A stretch of DNA of 61,539 bases, from contig BJGE01000005.1 in NCBI GenBank assembly GCA_014190275.1, forward strand, positions 1 through 61,539, given 5' to 3'. The translations under genes were made by a program, and so were the position numbers. This document shows, in pieces, positions 49,860 to 59,118 of this stretch (its first letter is position 1; every line of letters begins with the position of its first letter). The DNA comes from Actinomycetes bacterium (GTDB lineage Bacteria; Actinomycetota; Actinomycetes; S36-B12). The notes under the pieces are model-generated. The model had not been told where the DNA came from and did no database searches. It worked only from the letters and a program-made list of their open reading frames with translations.

Positions 49860-51521
49860 TCAACTCTTGGGCGGTTCGTACCCCTCAGAGAGTACGCGTG
49901 CTGTGTTTTTGGGCAGAAGCAAACTGGTTAAAAGGCCCAGAAGGACGAAGAAGCCGGCCACCCAGGCGACAAGTTTGGTGGCTTCCGCGAAGCCGGCGGA
50001 GGCCCCAGCCACGAGGACATCGCCGCCGGGGGTCGACGCCAGACCGGGGATCGCCTGCCCGGCCGAAGTGGCCACCGCCTGGGAGACTTCTTGGGACTGG
50101 GCGGCTGGGATCCCGCGGGATTGGAGTTCACTGGAGACGAAGCTACCCAGACCGATGAGCAAGGTCGTTCCCAAGATGGCGGTGCCGATGGCGGCCCCGA
50201 CCTGCCGGGAGGTCGATTGCACGGCACTGGCCTGGCCGGAGTCGGCTACCGGCACCTCAGATAGCACCACCCCGGTCAACTGGGCGGTGGCGAAGCCGAC
50301 CCCCATGCCGTAGAGGAACAACCACGGTGCCATGCCCCAGCCGGTGATCTCGGGGGAGATAACAAATCCCAGCCCGAAGATGCCGATGACCTCCAGCGCC
50401 ATGCCAACTTGCAGTACCCGCACCGGGCCGACACGTTGCGAGATCGGGGCACCGGCGCCGGATGCGACAAAGGAGCCGACGGCAAGTGCCAGCAAGATGA
50501 CGCCGGTTTCGAGTGCGTTGTAGCCGCGCACCGCCTGCAGGAACAACGGGAGGGTGAAGAGGAGCCCGAACTCCCCGAGGCTGACGACAACCGCTACCGA
50601 GTTACCGGCGGCGAAGGATCTAATGCGGAAGAGACGGAGGTCAAGGATGACGATCTTGCCGGCTGCGGCGCGACGCGACTCGATGAAGATCAATGCGACC
50701 AGCGCGATGATGCCGAGCACTCCGGAGATGAAGACAAGTGAGAGGCGGCCTTCGTCCCAAGTAATTGGTCCGGCTTTAAAGGTCGCCGTTGAAATCACCC
50801 AGCCATAGCGCTGGCCTTCGATCAGGGCGAAGACCACACCGAGCAGGCCAAAGGTGGAGAGCAAGGTGCCCGGTATGTCGACGCCTTTGCGACCGAGTAG
50901 GTCCTTGGTTTCAGGTACGACGAGTAGGACACCTATCAGCACGATGATGCCGATCGGCAAGTTGATCAAGAAGGCCCAGTGCCAAGATGCGTAGGTTGTC
51001 AGCCACCCGCCGACTAGGGGGCCGAGGGCGGCCATGCCGCCGATGGTCGCTCCCCACACTGCGAAGGCGATCGCGCGAGATTTTCCGACGAACACCGCGT
51101 TGATTACCGACAGTGACGCGGGCAAGATCATCGACGCGCCGACGCCTTGCAGTGCGCGCGCACCGATGAGGCTAATTGACGAATCCGAGATCGCTACCAG
51201 GACGCTCGCGCCCACGAACACGATGACACCGATGATGAAGAGCAACTTGCGGCCAAAGCGGTCGGCCATGCGACCGGAGAGAATAAGCAAGGAGGCGAAG
51301 GTCAACGAGTAGGCGGCGTTGATCCACTCGGCATCATTGGTGGTGAGATTTAGATCCTTGATCATCGACGGGATCGCGACGTTGACGACGGTCGCGTCCA
51401 AGATGATCATCGCCACGCCCAGGGCCAAGAAGGCGAGGGCGAGCCACCGTCGGTTACCGGTGAGCACCTTTTGCCCCTGCGTGGCTGGCGTGGTCATCGA
51501 TTTCCAATCGGTGAGAGACAT
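49860..51521 (-). CDS. MFS drug:H+ antiporter (DHA2, 14-TM type)
   Basis: LD.TVVNVA.P, W...AY.L, GRMADRFGRK, W.W.FLINLP, R.VG.AIG. Confidence 0.92.
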   Translation of the reverse strand: MSLTDWKSMTTPATQGQKVLTGNRRWLALAFLALGVAMIILDATVVNVAIPSMIKDLNLTTNDAEWINAAYSLTFASLLILSGRMADRFGRKLLFIIGVIVFVGASVLVAISDSSISLIGARALQGVGASMILPASLSVINAVFVGKSRAIAFAVWGATIGGMAALGPLVGGWLTTYASWHWAFLINLPIGIIVLIGVLLVVPETKDLLGRKGVDIPGTLLSTFGLLGVVFALIEGQRYGWVISTATFKAGPITWDEGRLSLVFISGVLGIIALVALIFIESRRAAAGKIVILDLRLFRIRSFAAGNSVAVVVSLGEFGLLFTLPLFLQAVRGYNALETGVILLALAVGSFVASGAGAPISQRVGPVRVLQVGMALEVIGIFGLGFVISPEITGWGMAPWLFLYGMGVGFATAQLTGVVLSEVPVADSGQASAVQSTSRQVGAAIGTAILGTTLLIGLGSFVSSELQSRGIPAAQSQEVSQAVATSAGQAIPGLASTPGGDVLVAGASAGFAEATKLVAWVAGFFVLLGLLTSLLLPKNTARVLSEGYEPPKS

Positions 51522-51610
51522 CAGGTGGTCAGGCCGGCTCCTGGTCGCATCTGGAAATTACTTCCGAATGCGGCCGTGCCGATGCTAGCGGTCAATGGGA
51601 CAATCTCCAC

Positions 51611-52765
51611 GTGACCACGACGACGTTTGCCAACGGCTTGGCTGCCGGAGGGATGATCATTGACCCACCGGTGGTCCTGGCCCCGATGGCGGGTATCACC
51701 AATCGGGCATTTCGTCGCCTGTGTCGGGAGGCCGGCGCCGGGCTCTACGTGTCCGAGATGGTCACCTCCAGGGCCTTGATCGAACGAAATGCCGAAACCC
51801 TCGACATGGTCACATTTGCCGCAGACGAGAATCCGCGCTCGGTGCAGTTGTACGGGGTCGACCCGCAGGTGATGGCCCAGGCCGTGCGGATCATCGTGGC
51901 AGAGGACCGCGCTGACCATATTGATCTGAACTTCGGTTGCCCGGTCCCTAAAGTCACCCGCAAAGGTGGTGGCAGTGCCCTGCCCTGGAAGCAGGATCTT
52001 TTTCGCGCAATCGTGCGGGCCGCGGTTCAGGCAGCAGGGCCGGTGCCGGTTTCGGTCAAGATGCGAAAAGGCATTGACGACGAGCACCTGACTTATCTGG
52101 CGGCTGGGGCTGCGGCCGCCGAAGAAGGGGTGGCGTGGGTGGCCTTGCACGGGCGCACCGCGGCCCAGATGTATGGGGGTACCGCTGATTGGTCGGCGAT
52201 CGCCCGGCTGAAGGAACACCTTGCGTACTACGGCACCCCGGTGCTCGGCAATGGTGATATCTGGACCGCCGCCGATGCCCTGCGAATGATGAGCCAAACC
52301 GGTGCCGATGGCGTGGTCGTAGGGCGTGGTTGCCTTGGGCGACCGTGGTTATTTGGCCAGCTGGCCGCCGCATTCACCGGTGCGAAGATCCCAGCCGATC
52401 CGCAATTTGACGAGGTGCTGCGCACCCTGCGCCGCCATGCGCAGCTGCTCTGCAATGACTACGGTCAGGCGCGCGGCTGCCGCGACATGCGCAAGCACAT
52501 GGCCTGGTACCTAAAGGGCTTCAGCGTCAAGCAGCAGATCCGCCAAAGTCTGGGCACCGTATCAAGCCTCGCCGAGCTCGACGAGTTAATTGGTCAGATC
52601 AACGGGGATCAGGAGTTCAACCAGGTGGTGGGCGCGGGCCCACGTGGGCGCACCGCAGGTGGTCGCCGCCCGACTTTGCCCGATGGCTGGCTGGATTCGC
52701 CGTTCCTGGACGCCGCCGCCGCCGAAAGCCTGCTTGAGGCGGAACTAGGGGTGAGCGGCGGGTGA
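51611..52765 (+). CDS. dusB: tRNA-dihydrouridine synthase
   Basis: LAPMAG.T, D.NFGCP..KV, VKMR.G, LHGRT, GNGDI, GR...GRPWLF. Confidence 0.94.
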   Translation: MTTTTFANGLAAGGMIIDPPVVLAPMAGITNRAFRRLCREAGAGLYVSEMVTSRALIERNAETLDMVTFAADENPRSVQLYGVDPQVMAQAVRIIVAEDRADHIDLNFGCPVPKVTRKGGGSALPWKQDLFRAIVRAAVQAAGPVPVSVKMRKGIDDEHLTYLAAGAAAAEEGVAWVALHGRTAAQMYGGTADWSAIARLKEHLAYYGTPVLGNGDIWTAADALRMMSQTGADGVVVGRGCLGRPWLFGQLAAAFTGAKIPADPQFDEVLRTLRRHAQLLCNDYGQARGCRDMRKHMAWYLKGFSVKQQIRQSLGTVSSLAELDELIGQINGDQEFNQVVGAGPRGRTAGGRRPTLPDGWLDSPFLDAAAAESLLEAELGVSGG

Positions 52766-52827
52766 CGAAGTGGTCACACCCGGTGTGGCGGCTGTGCGAC
52801 GCGTGAGACCCGTGTGAATATTGGGGC

Positions 52828-53499
52828 GTGAGTGCTCCTTCGGTCCCAGCGCGCCCGGGAGCGGTGGCACTTACCCTCGTCGCTGCCGTCCCTCGTACCC
52901 CGCGTGGATTGCTGGCTGCGGCCAGCACCGTGCTGGTGTGCTTGGCGCTGCTGCTGCCGATTGGCGCCGTTTGCCAAATTGTCTTGACCAGTCAACTTGA
53001 TGACCGCAGCTCCACGCAGGCCATCGTGGTCCTGGACCCGGCCCGTTACTGGGGTGACCCCGCACCGGTACTTTCAGCCCGGCTCAAACATGCCGCGGAG
53101 CTTTATGCCGCCGGCACCGCACCTGTCATCGTGGTAACCGGCCCGGCTCGATCTGCGAAAGCCGCCCGCGAGCAACTAATTGCCAGCGGCGTGCCAGCCG
53201 CCGATGTGGTGGCCTTCACCACAGGCGCCGACACGGTCGGCGCACTTCAAGTTGTCGCCACCATCATGCGCGACCTGCGCTGGGAATCGGCAACCTTGGT
53301 TACCGACCCACCGCATGCAGCACGGGCGCAGGCCACCGCGGCCGGCTTCGGGATTGATGCGCACCTATCGCCGACCGAATCCGGGCCGGGAACCGCGCTA
53401 ACTTCTGAGTATGTGGGCCGCGAGACCGCGGCGCTGCTGCGGTTCTACCTGTTGACCCGCTGGGATCAACCGCAGATCATCACGAACACCACCGGTTAG
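52828..53499 (+). CDS. YdcF/DUF218-like membrane-anchored protein (divergent)
   Basis: N-terminal TM, AIVVL, VL.ARL..A..LY, VTG, LVTD..H..RA, Y..RE. Confidence 0.7.
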   Translation: MSAPSVPARPGAVALTLVAAVPRTPRGLLAAASTVLVCLALLLPIGAVCQIVLTSQLDDRSSTQAIVVLDPARYWGDPAPVLSARLKHAAELYAAGTAPVIVVTGPARSAKAAREQLIASGVPAADVVAFTTGADTVGALQVVATIMRDLRWESATLVTDPPHAARAQATAAGFGIDAHLSPTESGPGTALTSEYVGRETAALLRFYLLTRWDQPQIITNTTG

Positions 53500-53514
53500 C
53501 CATCGGCCACTCGC

Positions 53515-53583
53515 TGGGTGCGCACGTTTTCGTCGTGAAATCGACCAAAATCATCGTTTTGACGACGAAAACGTGCGCACCCA
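53515..53583. repeat. Long inverted repeat (perfect 22-bp arms plus imperfect inner stem)
   Basis: TGGGTGCGCACGTTTTCGTCGT (53515-53536) and its exact reverse complement (53562-53583). Confidence 0.9.
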
Positions 53584-53638
53584 CGTGATTGCGCTCTCGA
53601 CTGGTTCGTCGCATTCGTGGCGCGCTAGTGTCGGGGTT

Positions 53639-54868
53639 ATGGGTCAACCCCGCGGTTACACCGGTGCAGACCTAGCGCGCATCGTCGAGGAGCCGGTCAA
53701 GGAGACCGTCCGCACCGGATTCGCGCGCGACCGGGCCCGGGTTTTGCACTCGGTGGGCCTGCGCCGGTTGGCGGCGAAGACCCAGGTCATGGTGTCCGGG
53801 GTTTCCGACTTCCCGCGCTCACGCCTTACCCACACCTTGGAGGTAGCGCAGATCGCCCGCGAACTCGGCGACGCGCTCGGGTGTGATCCGGATCTGGTTG
53901 AGGTCGCCGGGTTGACACATGACCTAGGGCATCCACCCTTTGGTCACAATGGGGAAAGTGAGCTGGACCGCCTGTCATCTGATATCGGTGGATTCGAAGG
54001 CAATGCGCAGACCCTCCGCGTGCTCTCCCGCCTCGAAGCCAAGATCGAAGATGCGAAGGGGGGCAGCGTCGGCCTGAATCTGACTCGCGCGAGCTTGGAC
54101 GCCTCCTGCAAATATCCGTGGGGCCGGCGCGCTGATACCCAAAAGTTCGGGTTCTACGAAGATGATAGGCCGATTTTCGATTGGGTCCGAGCCGGCGCCC
54201 CTGGTACCCGCACTTGCTTGGAAGAGCAGGCCATGGATTGGGCCGATGACGTTGCCTATTCGGTGCACGATGCCGAGGATGCCGTGCATTCTGGGCTCGT
54301 CCACTTGGAGCAGTTCACCAGTTCAGAAATCCAGCAGGAGTTAGTGTCCATTGCCCTTGAGCGCTACCACCCCGACCGTGATCCACAGGCGCTTTTAGCG
54401 GCCTTGCGCCGGCTGACCGGCCTCGAGTACTGGCCCGGTGCCTTCGACGGGTCAATGTCGTCACTACGTGAATTGAAGCGGTTTACGAGTTACCTAATAG
54501 GCCGTTTTTGCGTGAGTGCGCAAATCGCCACGCAGATCGAATACGGCACCCAGCCGTTGACTCGGTACGCGGCCAACCTGATCGTGCCCGAAGAGGTACG
54601 CGATGAAGTCGCGGTGATGAAGGCGATAGCGGTTAAGTTCGTGATGAACCGTGATGGGGCGGATTTGGCGTATGCGAGGCAGCGGGCGATCATTGCCGAT
54701 GTCGTGCATGCCCTCACCCTTGAAGAGGGGCGATCCCTGGAGAGCTGGTTAAGACCCGCCTTCGATGCCGCAAATACCGATGCCGAGCGGTTTCGAGTCA
54801 TCATTGATCAAGTCGCCAGCCTTACCGATGTCAGCCTGCTGCACTGGCATGCACGGTTAGTGCGCTGA
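53639..54868 (+). CDS. dgt: Deoxyguanosinetriphosphate triphosphohydrolase
   Basis: RDRARVLHS...RRL..KTQV, R.RLTH.LEV, HDLGHPPFGH.GE, FEGNAQ, MD.ADDVAY..HD; ATG 53639, 7 nt after TAGTGT. Confidence 0.95.
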   Translation: MGQPRGYTGADLARIVEEPVKETVRTGFARDRARVLHSVGLRRLAAKTQVMVSGVSDFPRSRLTHTLEVAQIARELGDALGCDPDLVEVAGLTHDLGHPPFGHNGESELDRLSSDIGGFEGNAQTLRVLSRLEAKIEDAKGGSVGLNLTRASLDASCKYPWGRRADTQKFGFYEDDRPIFDWVRAGAPGTRTCLEEQAMDWADDVAYSVHDAEDAVHSGLVHLEQFTSSEIQQELVSIALERYHPDRDPQALLAALRRLTGLEYWPGAFDGSMSSLRELKRFTSYLIGRFCVSAQIATQIEYGTQPLTRYAANLIVPEEVRDEVAVMKAIAVKFVMNRDGADLAYARQRAIIADVVHALTLEEGRSLESWLRPAFDAANTDAERFRVIIDQVASLTDVSLLHWHARLVR

Positions 54869-54911
54869 GGCGCTACGCTTAAGCCGTGGCGGTAATAGTC
54901 GAGGGGATGTC

Positions 54912-55562
54912 GTGAGCGCTCAAGGTGAGCGCATCCTGACCTTCGTGGTGCTAGAAGATCACGCCTTAGTTCGTGAGGGGCTAGAGCGTGGATTAGTGGA
55001 TCGATTCCCCCAATTGAACTTTGCCTATTCCGGCGAATCTCTGGTCGATGCGCTCAATGCGATCTCTGGGCAAGACATAGATTGCGCTGTGATCGACCTA
55101 GACCTCGGCGACGGCCGTGCAGTCGCGGATGTGGTGTCAAGTTTTTCGTCGTTGCAAATCCCAGTCGTGGTTGTCAGTGCACTGGGTGACCCGGCAGTGA
55201 TTCAATCCGCGATTTTGGCCGGCGCTTCGGCCTACGTGACAAAACGGTCCGGATTTGAGGAACTCGGAGAGGCGCTGGGTGCGATCTTGAATGATCGCGA
55301 CTGGATGTCACCTGATTTCGCGGGCGCCCTGATCCCGAAGAGTCAATCCGGTGTTAATCTTTCGGCGCAGGAACAGCGCGCCCTGGTGCTTTATGCGTCT
55401 GGTCTGAAAATGGATTCGGTCGCAAGGAGAATGGACGTAGCACCCAGCACGGTTAAGAAATACATCGACCGAGTAAGAGATAAGTACACAGCAGCCGGCA
55501 AGTTAGCGCGCACCAAGACCGACCTTTACCGGGTGGCGCGTGACGAAGGTTTGATGACTTAA
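54912..55562 (+). CDS. NarL/LuxR-type response regulator
   Basis: REC domain (EDH, IDLDL, VSA, YVTK) and C-terminal HTH (LS.QE..AL.LYASG....VA..M.V..STV..Y..RVR.KY). Confidence 0.9.
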   Translation: MSAQGERILTFVVLEDHALVREGLERGLVDRFPQLNFAYSGESLVDALNAISGQDIDCAVIDLDLGDGRAVADVVSSFSSLQIPVVVVSALGDPAVIQSAILAGASAYVTKRSGFEELGEALGAILNDRDWMSPDFAGALIPKSQSGVNLSAQEQRALVLYASGLKMDSVARRMDVAPSTVKKYIDRVRDKYTAAGKLARTKTDLYRVARDEGLMT

Positions 55563-57886
55563 ACGGCTTGGCTTGGCGCTGGCTGGTTCAAAGGCCTGCG
55601 GATGTTGATGACAATTGAAACACCTTCGTCATCAGTATCCAGCGCGACGAGTACCTGGCAGTCAGCAAATTGCAATTCAGTCGATGTGAATCCGGTCAAA
55701 TCGCCTGGCACCCAAATTGGTAATGCCTCATCACCGAGTGCAGTGACTAAGAGTTCCTCGGCATCTTCGTCAGTGAAGAGCCGTACCGTGATCGCCTGAT
55801 TCGGATAGGCCAGAGCTGTCGACTCCAGGGCCGCGCCTATCGCAGCTGGGAGCGGGTCGCGTCGGCTGCCAGCCGACAAGGCCACTGCGTTGACGCTGAT
55901 CTGGGCTAGGCCGGCTGCGGCAACCATCCCTTGGACCGACTCCCACATGCCCGATGCCAACGCATCGGCGTGCCCCAGATTGACACGAATGCGGCTCTCC
56001 TCCGCGCCCGCGCGGGCCCTGCTTCCCTGGGTCAGGGGATCAACCACCCCTGAGGCAATATCGGCGAGAAAAGATTTCGCGGTGGAACTGACGCGACTCC
56101 AACTTTCCGAGATTGCGGCCTGCCTCGCAATCTCAGTTTGCTGTTCAGTGGCCCGAGTCCAAAGTTCTTGAGCATCTGCGCGTTTGGCATCGAACTTTTC
56201 GAACAAACTGCGTGCCGTGTACATGCCGCCGATGACGTAGGCCACCGTGCCAAAAATGGACATGACTGGCACGCCACGGCAATCGTTGGGTAGGCCCCAG
56301 ATTAGGAAAAGCCCGAGAATGGTCAACGCGGGCAACACAGATATGCGAAGCGGATTAGTGGCTAGCGCAAAAATCGTGAGAACGATGCCACCGGTGATTG
56401 CATTTATCAGCCAGTGGACCGCAGATGAGGAACTGCAGCCGGCCAGGCTGACGTAAGTCGCGAGGAGAGCCAATGCTGCGGTCGCGAATGTCGCTACCGC
56501 AAGGAAAACACGATGATCGGTACCCCAAAATATTGCGAGCGCGATATTGAAGGCAAAGAACACTAGGAAGGCGATCAATGGAAGTGAACTTGGGTTGAGG
56601 CTTGACGTGAGATCCCAAACGGTCAAAAGGCCGAATATGGATGGGCTAATTATGCAAAGACGGGCAAGCCACGAGCGCGTAACCGCCTCGAGGCTTGGCT
56701 CACTTGGCATCTGCAGGACGTGGGCCTCCGTTAACGGGATGCTTAACGTGATCGTCGTTCCACCCGATGCTGGGGAGGTGACCGTGGCACCTCCGCCAAG
56801 CGCGGCCATGGATGCCTTGATGGTATTGCGCAACCCAAATTGCTCGAGGCCTTTGGCGCTGATCCCAGATCCGTTATCGTGAATTCTTATTGACAACTCG
56901 CCGTTGTTCTGGGCGGTGATGATAGTGGTGGCTGTGGCTCCTGAGTGCCGCTCGACATTACGCAACGCTTCAACTAGTGCATCACGGAGAACTCCAGCAA
57001 TCTGGGGCGACAGCTCAATATCGTCGCCAAGTAAGACATCGGGCTGTAGGCGTCTAATTCGGGAGGCAGTGATTGCGTCAGCAATCAGCAGTGAGATTAA
57101 TTGCGGGGTCTGAACCTGAGATCCAAGTTCCAACTGGTCAAGGTCATGCTGGCAGGCGGCCTCAATCGAGCGCCGATCGGCAGCTGGCGGTGCCGAGGCT
57201 ATCCCATTGAGCGTATTTAGGACGGTTTCATGGATCCGACGATCGACCATGGATTGCGCCGATTGAATCTGCAGTGCTAGATAGCTCTCCACAACCGCTG
57301 TTTCGAGTTGATCGCGACTTGCGTCCGTTCGCTTGGCGGCCACAAACCAAGTTCGGCTGAGAATAGATAGCGCCGGCCCGACAACCAGGATGAATAGCGG
57401 GCCGATGAATCCATCCAATGGTTCAGATGCGGAGAGTATTACTGACGGGGCAGGATTAAGTACCACGAGCCAGTTCAAGAGTGCCGTTAGCGCGATTATC
57501 GGAATTGCCGTCTGAGGGCGAAAGCTGAATGCGGCACCGAATGTCACCGCGAAGGCGATAAACGGGACGGGTAGCCACGGTGCGCTGCTCGTCTGCACCA
57601 TAAGCAAGGGGGACGCCAGTAGAGCCAAAGTCGCCGCCGTTTGAATGTGCGACCGCCTGAAAATTGCGAACCGTGTTAACCCGAGTATCCAGATTGCTAG
57701 TAATACAAGGTAGGTGGCTTTCTCGGCCGCTTCAATCTCAGAAAACTTAAGCACCAGCAATGTTCCGGCCGGCAGGAAGACAATGAACCCGGCAACTGTT
57801 AGGGCGATAACCGACACCTGCGCCAGTGCAGAGCGCAAGGACGTTTCAACTTTCAAGGTGCCGAGGGGTGGTGAAGCCTCAGGCAT
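55559..57886 (-). CDS. Multi-TM sensor histidine kinase-like protein with central HATPase and a second TM block
   Basis: About 6 TM, H-box-like RRIHETVLNTL, N-box EALRNVERH, G1 HDNGSG, FGL, GGT.I, then about 6 more TM and a soluble tail. Confidence 0.82.
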   Translation of the reverse strand: MPEASPPLGTLKVETSLRSALAQVSVIALTVAGFIVFLPAGTLLVLKFSEIEAAEKATYLVLLAIWILGLTRFAIFRRSHIQTAATLALLASPLLMVQTSSAPWLPVPFIAFAVTFGAAFSFRPQTAIPIIALTALLNWLVVLNPAPSVILSASEPLDGFIGPLFILVVGPALSILSRTWFVAAKRTDASRDQLETAVVESYLALQIQSAQSMVDRRIHETVLNTLNGIASAPPAADRRSIEAACQHDLDQLELGSQVQTPQLISLLIADAITASRIRRLQPDVLLGDDIELSPQIAGVLRDALVEALRNVERHSGATATTIITAQNNGELSIRIHDNGSGISAKGLEQFGLRNTIKASMAALGGGATVTSPASGGTTITLSIPLTEAHVLQMPSEPSLEAVTRSWLARLCIISPSIFGLLTVWDLTSSLNPSSLPLIAFLVFFAFNIALAIFWGTDHRVFLAVATFATAALALLATYVSLAGCSSSSAVHWLINAITGGIVLTIFALATNPLRISVLPALTILGLFLIWGLPNDCRGVPVMSIFGTVAYVIGGMYTARSLFEKFDAKRADAQELWTRATEQQTEIARQAAISESWSRVSSTAKSFLADIASGVVDPLTQGSRARAGAEESRIRVNLGHADALASGMWESVQGMVAAAGLAQISVNAVALSAGSRRDPLPAAIGAALESTALAYPNQAITVRLFTDEDAEELLVTALGDEALPIWVPGDLTGFTSTELQFADCQVLVALDTDDEGVSIVINIRRPLNQPAPSQAV

Positions 57887-59087
57887 GCGTAACCGCCTTG
57901 AGCAGCTGATCGATTTCAGCCGGGGTGTTGTATGCGTGTGGGCTGACCCGCACTAGCGCCGCGATGTGGTGTGATTCAAAATCAACCCGTGCATATTCCG
58001 GGGTGGATAGGCTGACGTTGATACCTGCCTGCCGGATCTGCGCAACTAACTGTCGCGCGTCAATTCGATCGTGGGTGAATGTCACAATGCCGCTCAGATG
58101 GAGTCCGCGATCGTGCACGGTCACTCCTGGTACGGCACTTAATCCAGCGCGAGCCTGCTGCGCCAAAAGACTAATCCGAGCCGAAATGGCCTCGATACCG
58201 CAGGCCAATGCGTAGTCAATGGCTGCGCCGAGGCCCAGGAGGCCGGCATAGGACTTCTCCCAGAACTCGAACTTGCGCGCGCCCGTTGCAACCTCGAAGC
58301 CCGATTCATGCCAGGTGGCGGAGTGCAGGTCAAGGGGAAATGGCTCAAGTTCGATTAGTGCGCGATCGCTGGTGAACAAGAAGCCGGTTCCGCGTGGCCC
58401 GCGCAGGAATTTACGCCCGGTAGCGCTGATAAAATCGGCTCCGATGGCTCCCGCTGATATTGGCAGTTGCCCGACAGACTGGCAGGCGTCGACCAAATAC
58501 CAGGCATCGGAATGGTTGGCGCGAAGGGCGGCACCGATCGCTGCGACCTCGTTTATCAACCCATTTTGGGATGGGCACTGATTAACAGCTACTGCGGCGA
58601 CGTCAGTGTCAAGTAGTTTTTCGAACGCCGCGACATCGACGCACCCGTGCTCGTCGTCCGGGATGAACTCAAGGCGCACGCCGCAGGTCTTGACGATTTG
58701 CATTATGGGCAGCACATTCGATGCGTACTCCGATGATGACACCAAGATGCGATCACCGGCTGTAAATGGGCGGGTGTGATGGATGGCGGTAAAGGCCCTA
58801 TCCCAAGCGGCGGTCGCCGATTCGAGCAGGGCGATCTGGTCGGGGCGGGCACCTAGGAGTTGGGCAACCGATTCGTAGACGCGTTCGAGGCGATGGAGGA
58901 CATCGGCGTGGGCTTCATAGCCACCGATCATGGCCTCAAGGTGGAGGTGGTCGACCACGGTGTCGGTGACTTTGGTGGGTGGGAGTGCGCATCCGGCGTT
59001 ATTGAGGTGGTTGACCCGCAGGCACCCAGGTGTCTCGTGGCGCAGGAGCTCGATATCTAGCCCGATGGCATCCCCGGTCGCGGTCAT
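57879..59087 (-). CDS. Class V PLP-dependent aminotransferase/C-S lyase family enzyme
   Basis: HLNNAG, DACQSVG, SATGRKFLRGPRG (PLP Lys), RVSPH.YN; start ATG 59087 or GTG 59105. Confidence 0.88.
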   Translation of the reverse strand: MTATGDAIGLDIELLRHETPGCLRVNHLNNAGCALPPTKVTDTVVDHLHLEAMIGGYEAHADVLHRLERVYESVAQLLGARPDQIALLESATAAWDRAFTAIHHTRPFTAGDRILVSSSEYASNVLPIMQIVKTCGVRLEFIPDDEHGCVDVAAFEKLLDTDVAAVAVNQCPSQNGLINEVAAIGAALRANHSDAWYLVDACQSVGQLPISAGAIGADFISATGRKFLRGPRGTGFLFTSDRALIELEPFPLDLHSATWHESGFEVATGARKFEFWEKSYAGLLGLGAAIDYALACGIEAISARISLLAQQARAGLSAVPGVTVHDRGLHLSGIVTFTHDRIDARQLVAQIRQAGINVSLSTPEYARVDFESHHIAALVRVSPHAYNTPAEIDQLLKAVTHA

Positions 59088-59118
59088 GGGGCTATCCAAC
59101 CGCACTTAGACTGCGGAT

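Noticed and set aside
51521-52297. Long antisense ORFs (for example 51521-52297, 30380-31192, 4225-4938)
   Set aside because: Shadow frames of well-supported genes; common in GC-rich DNA.
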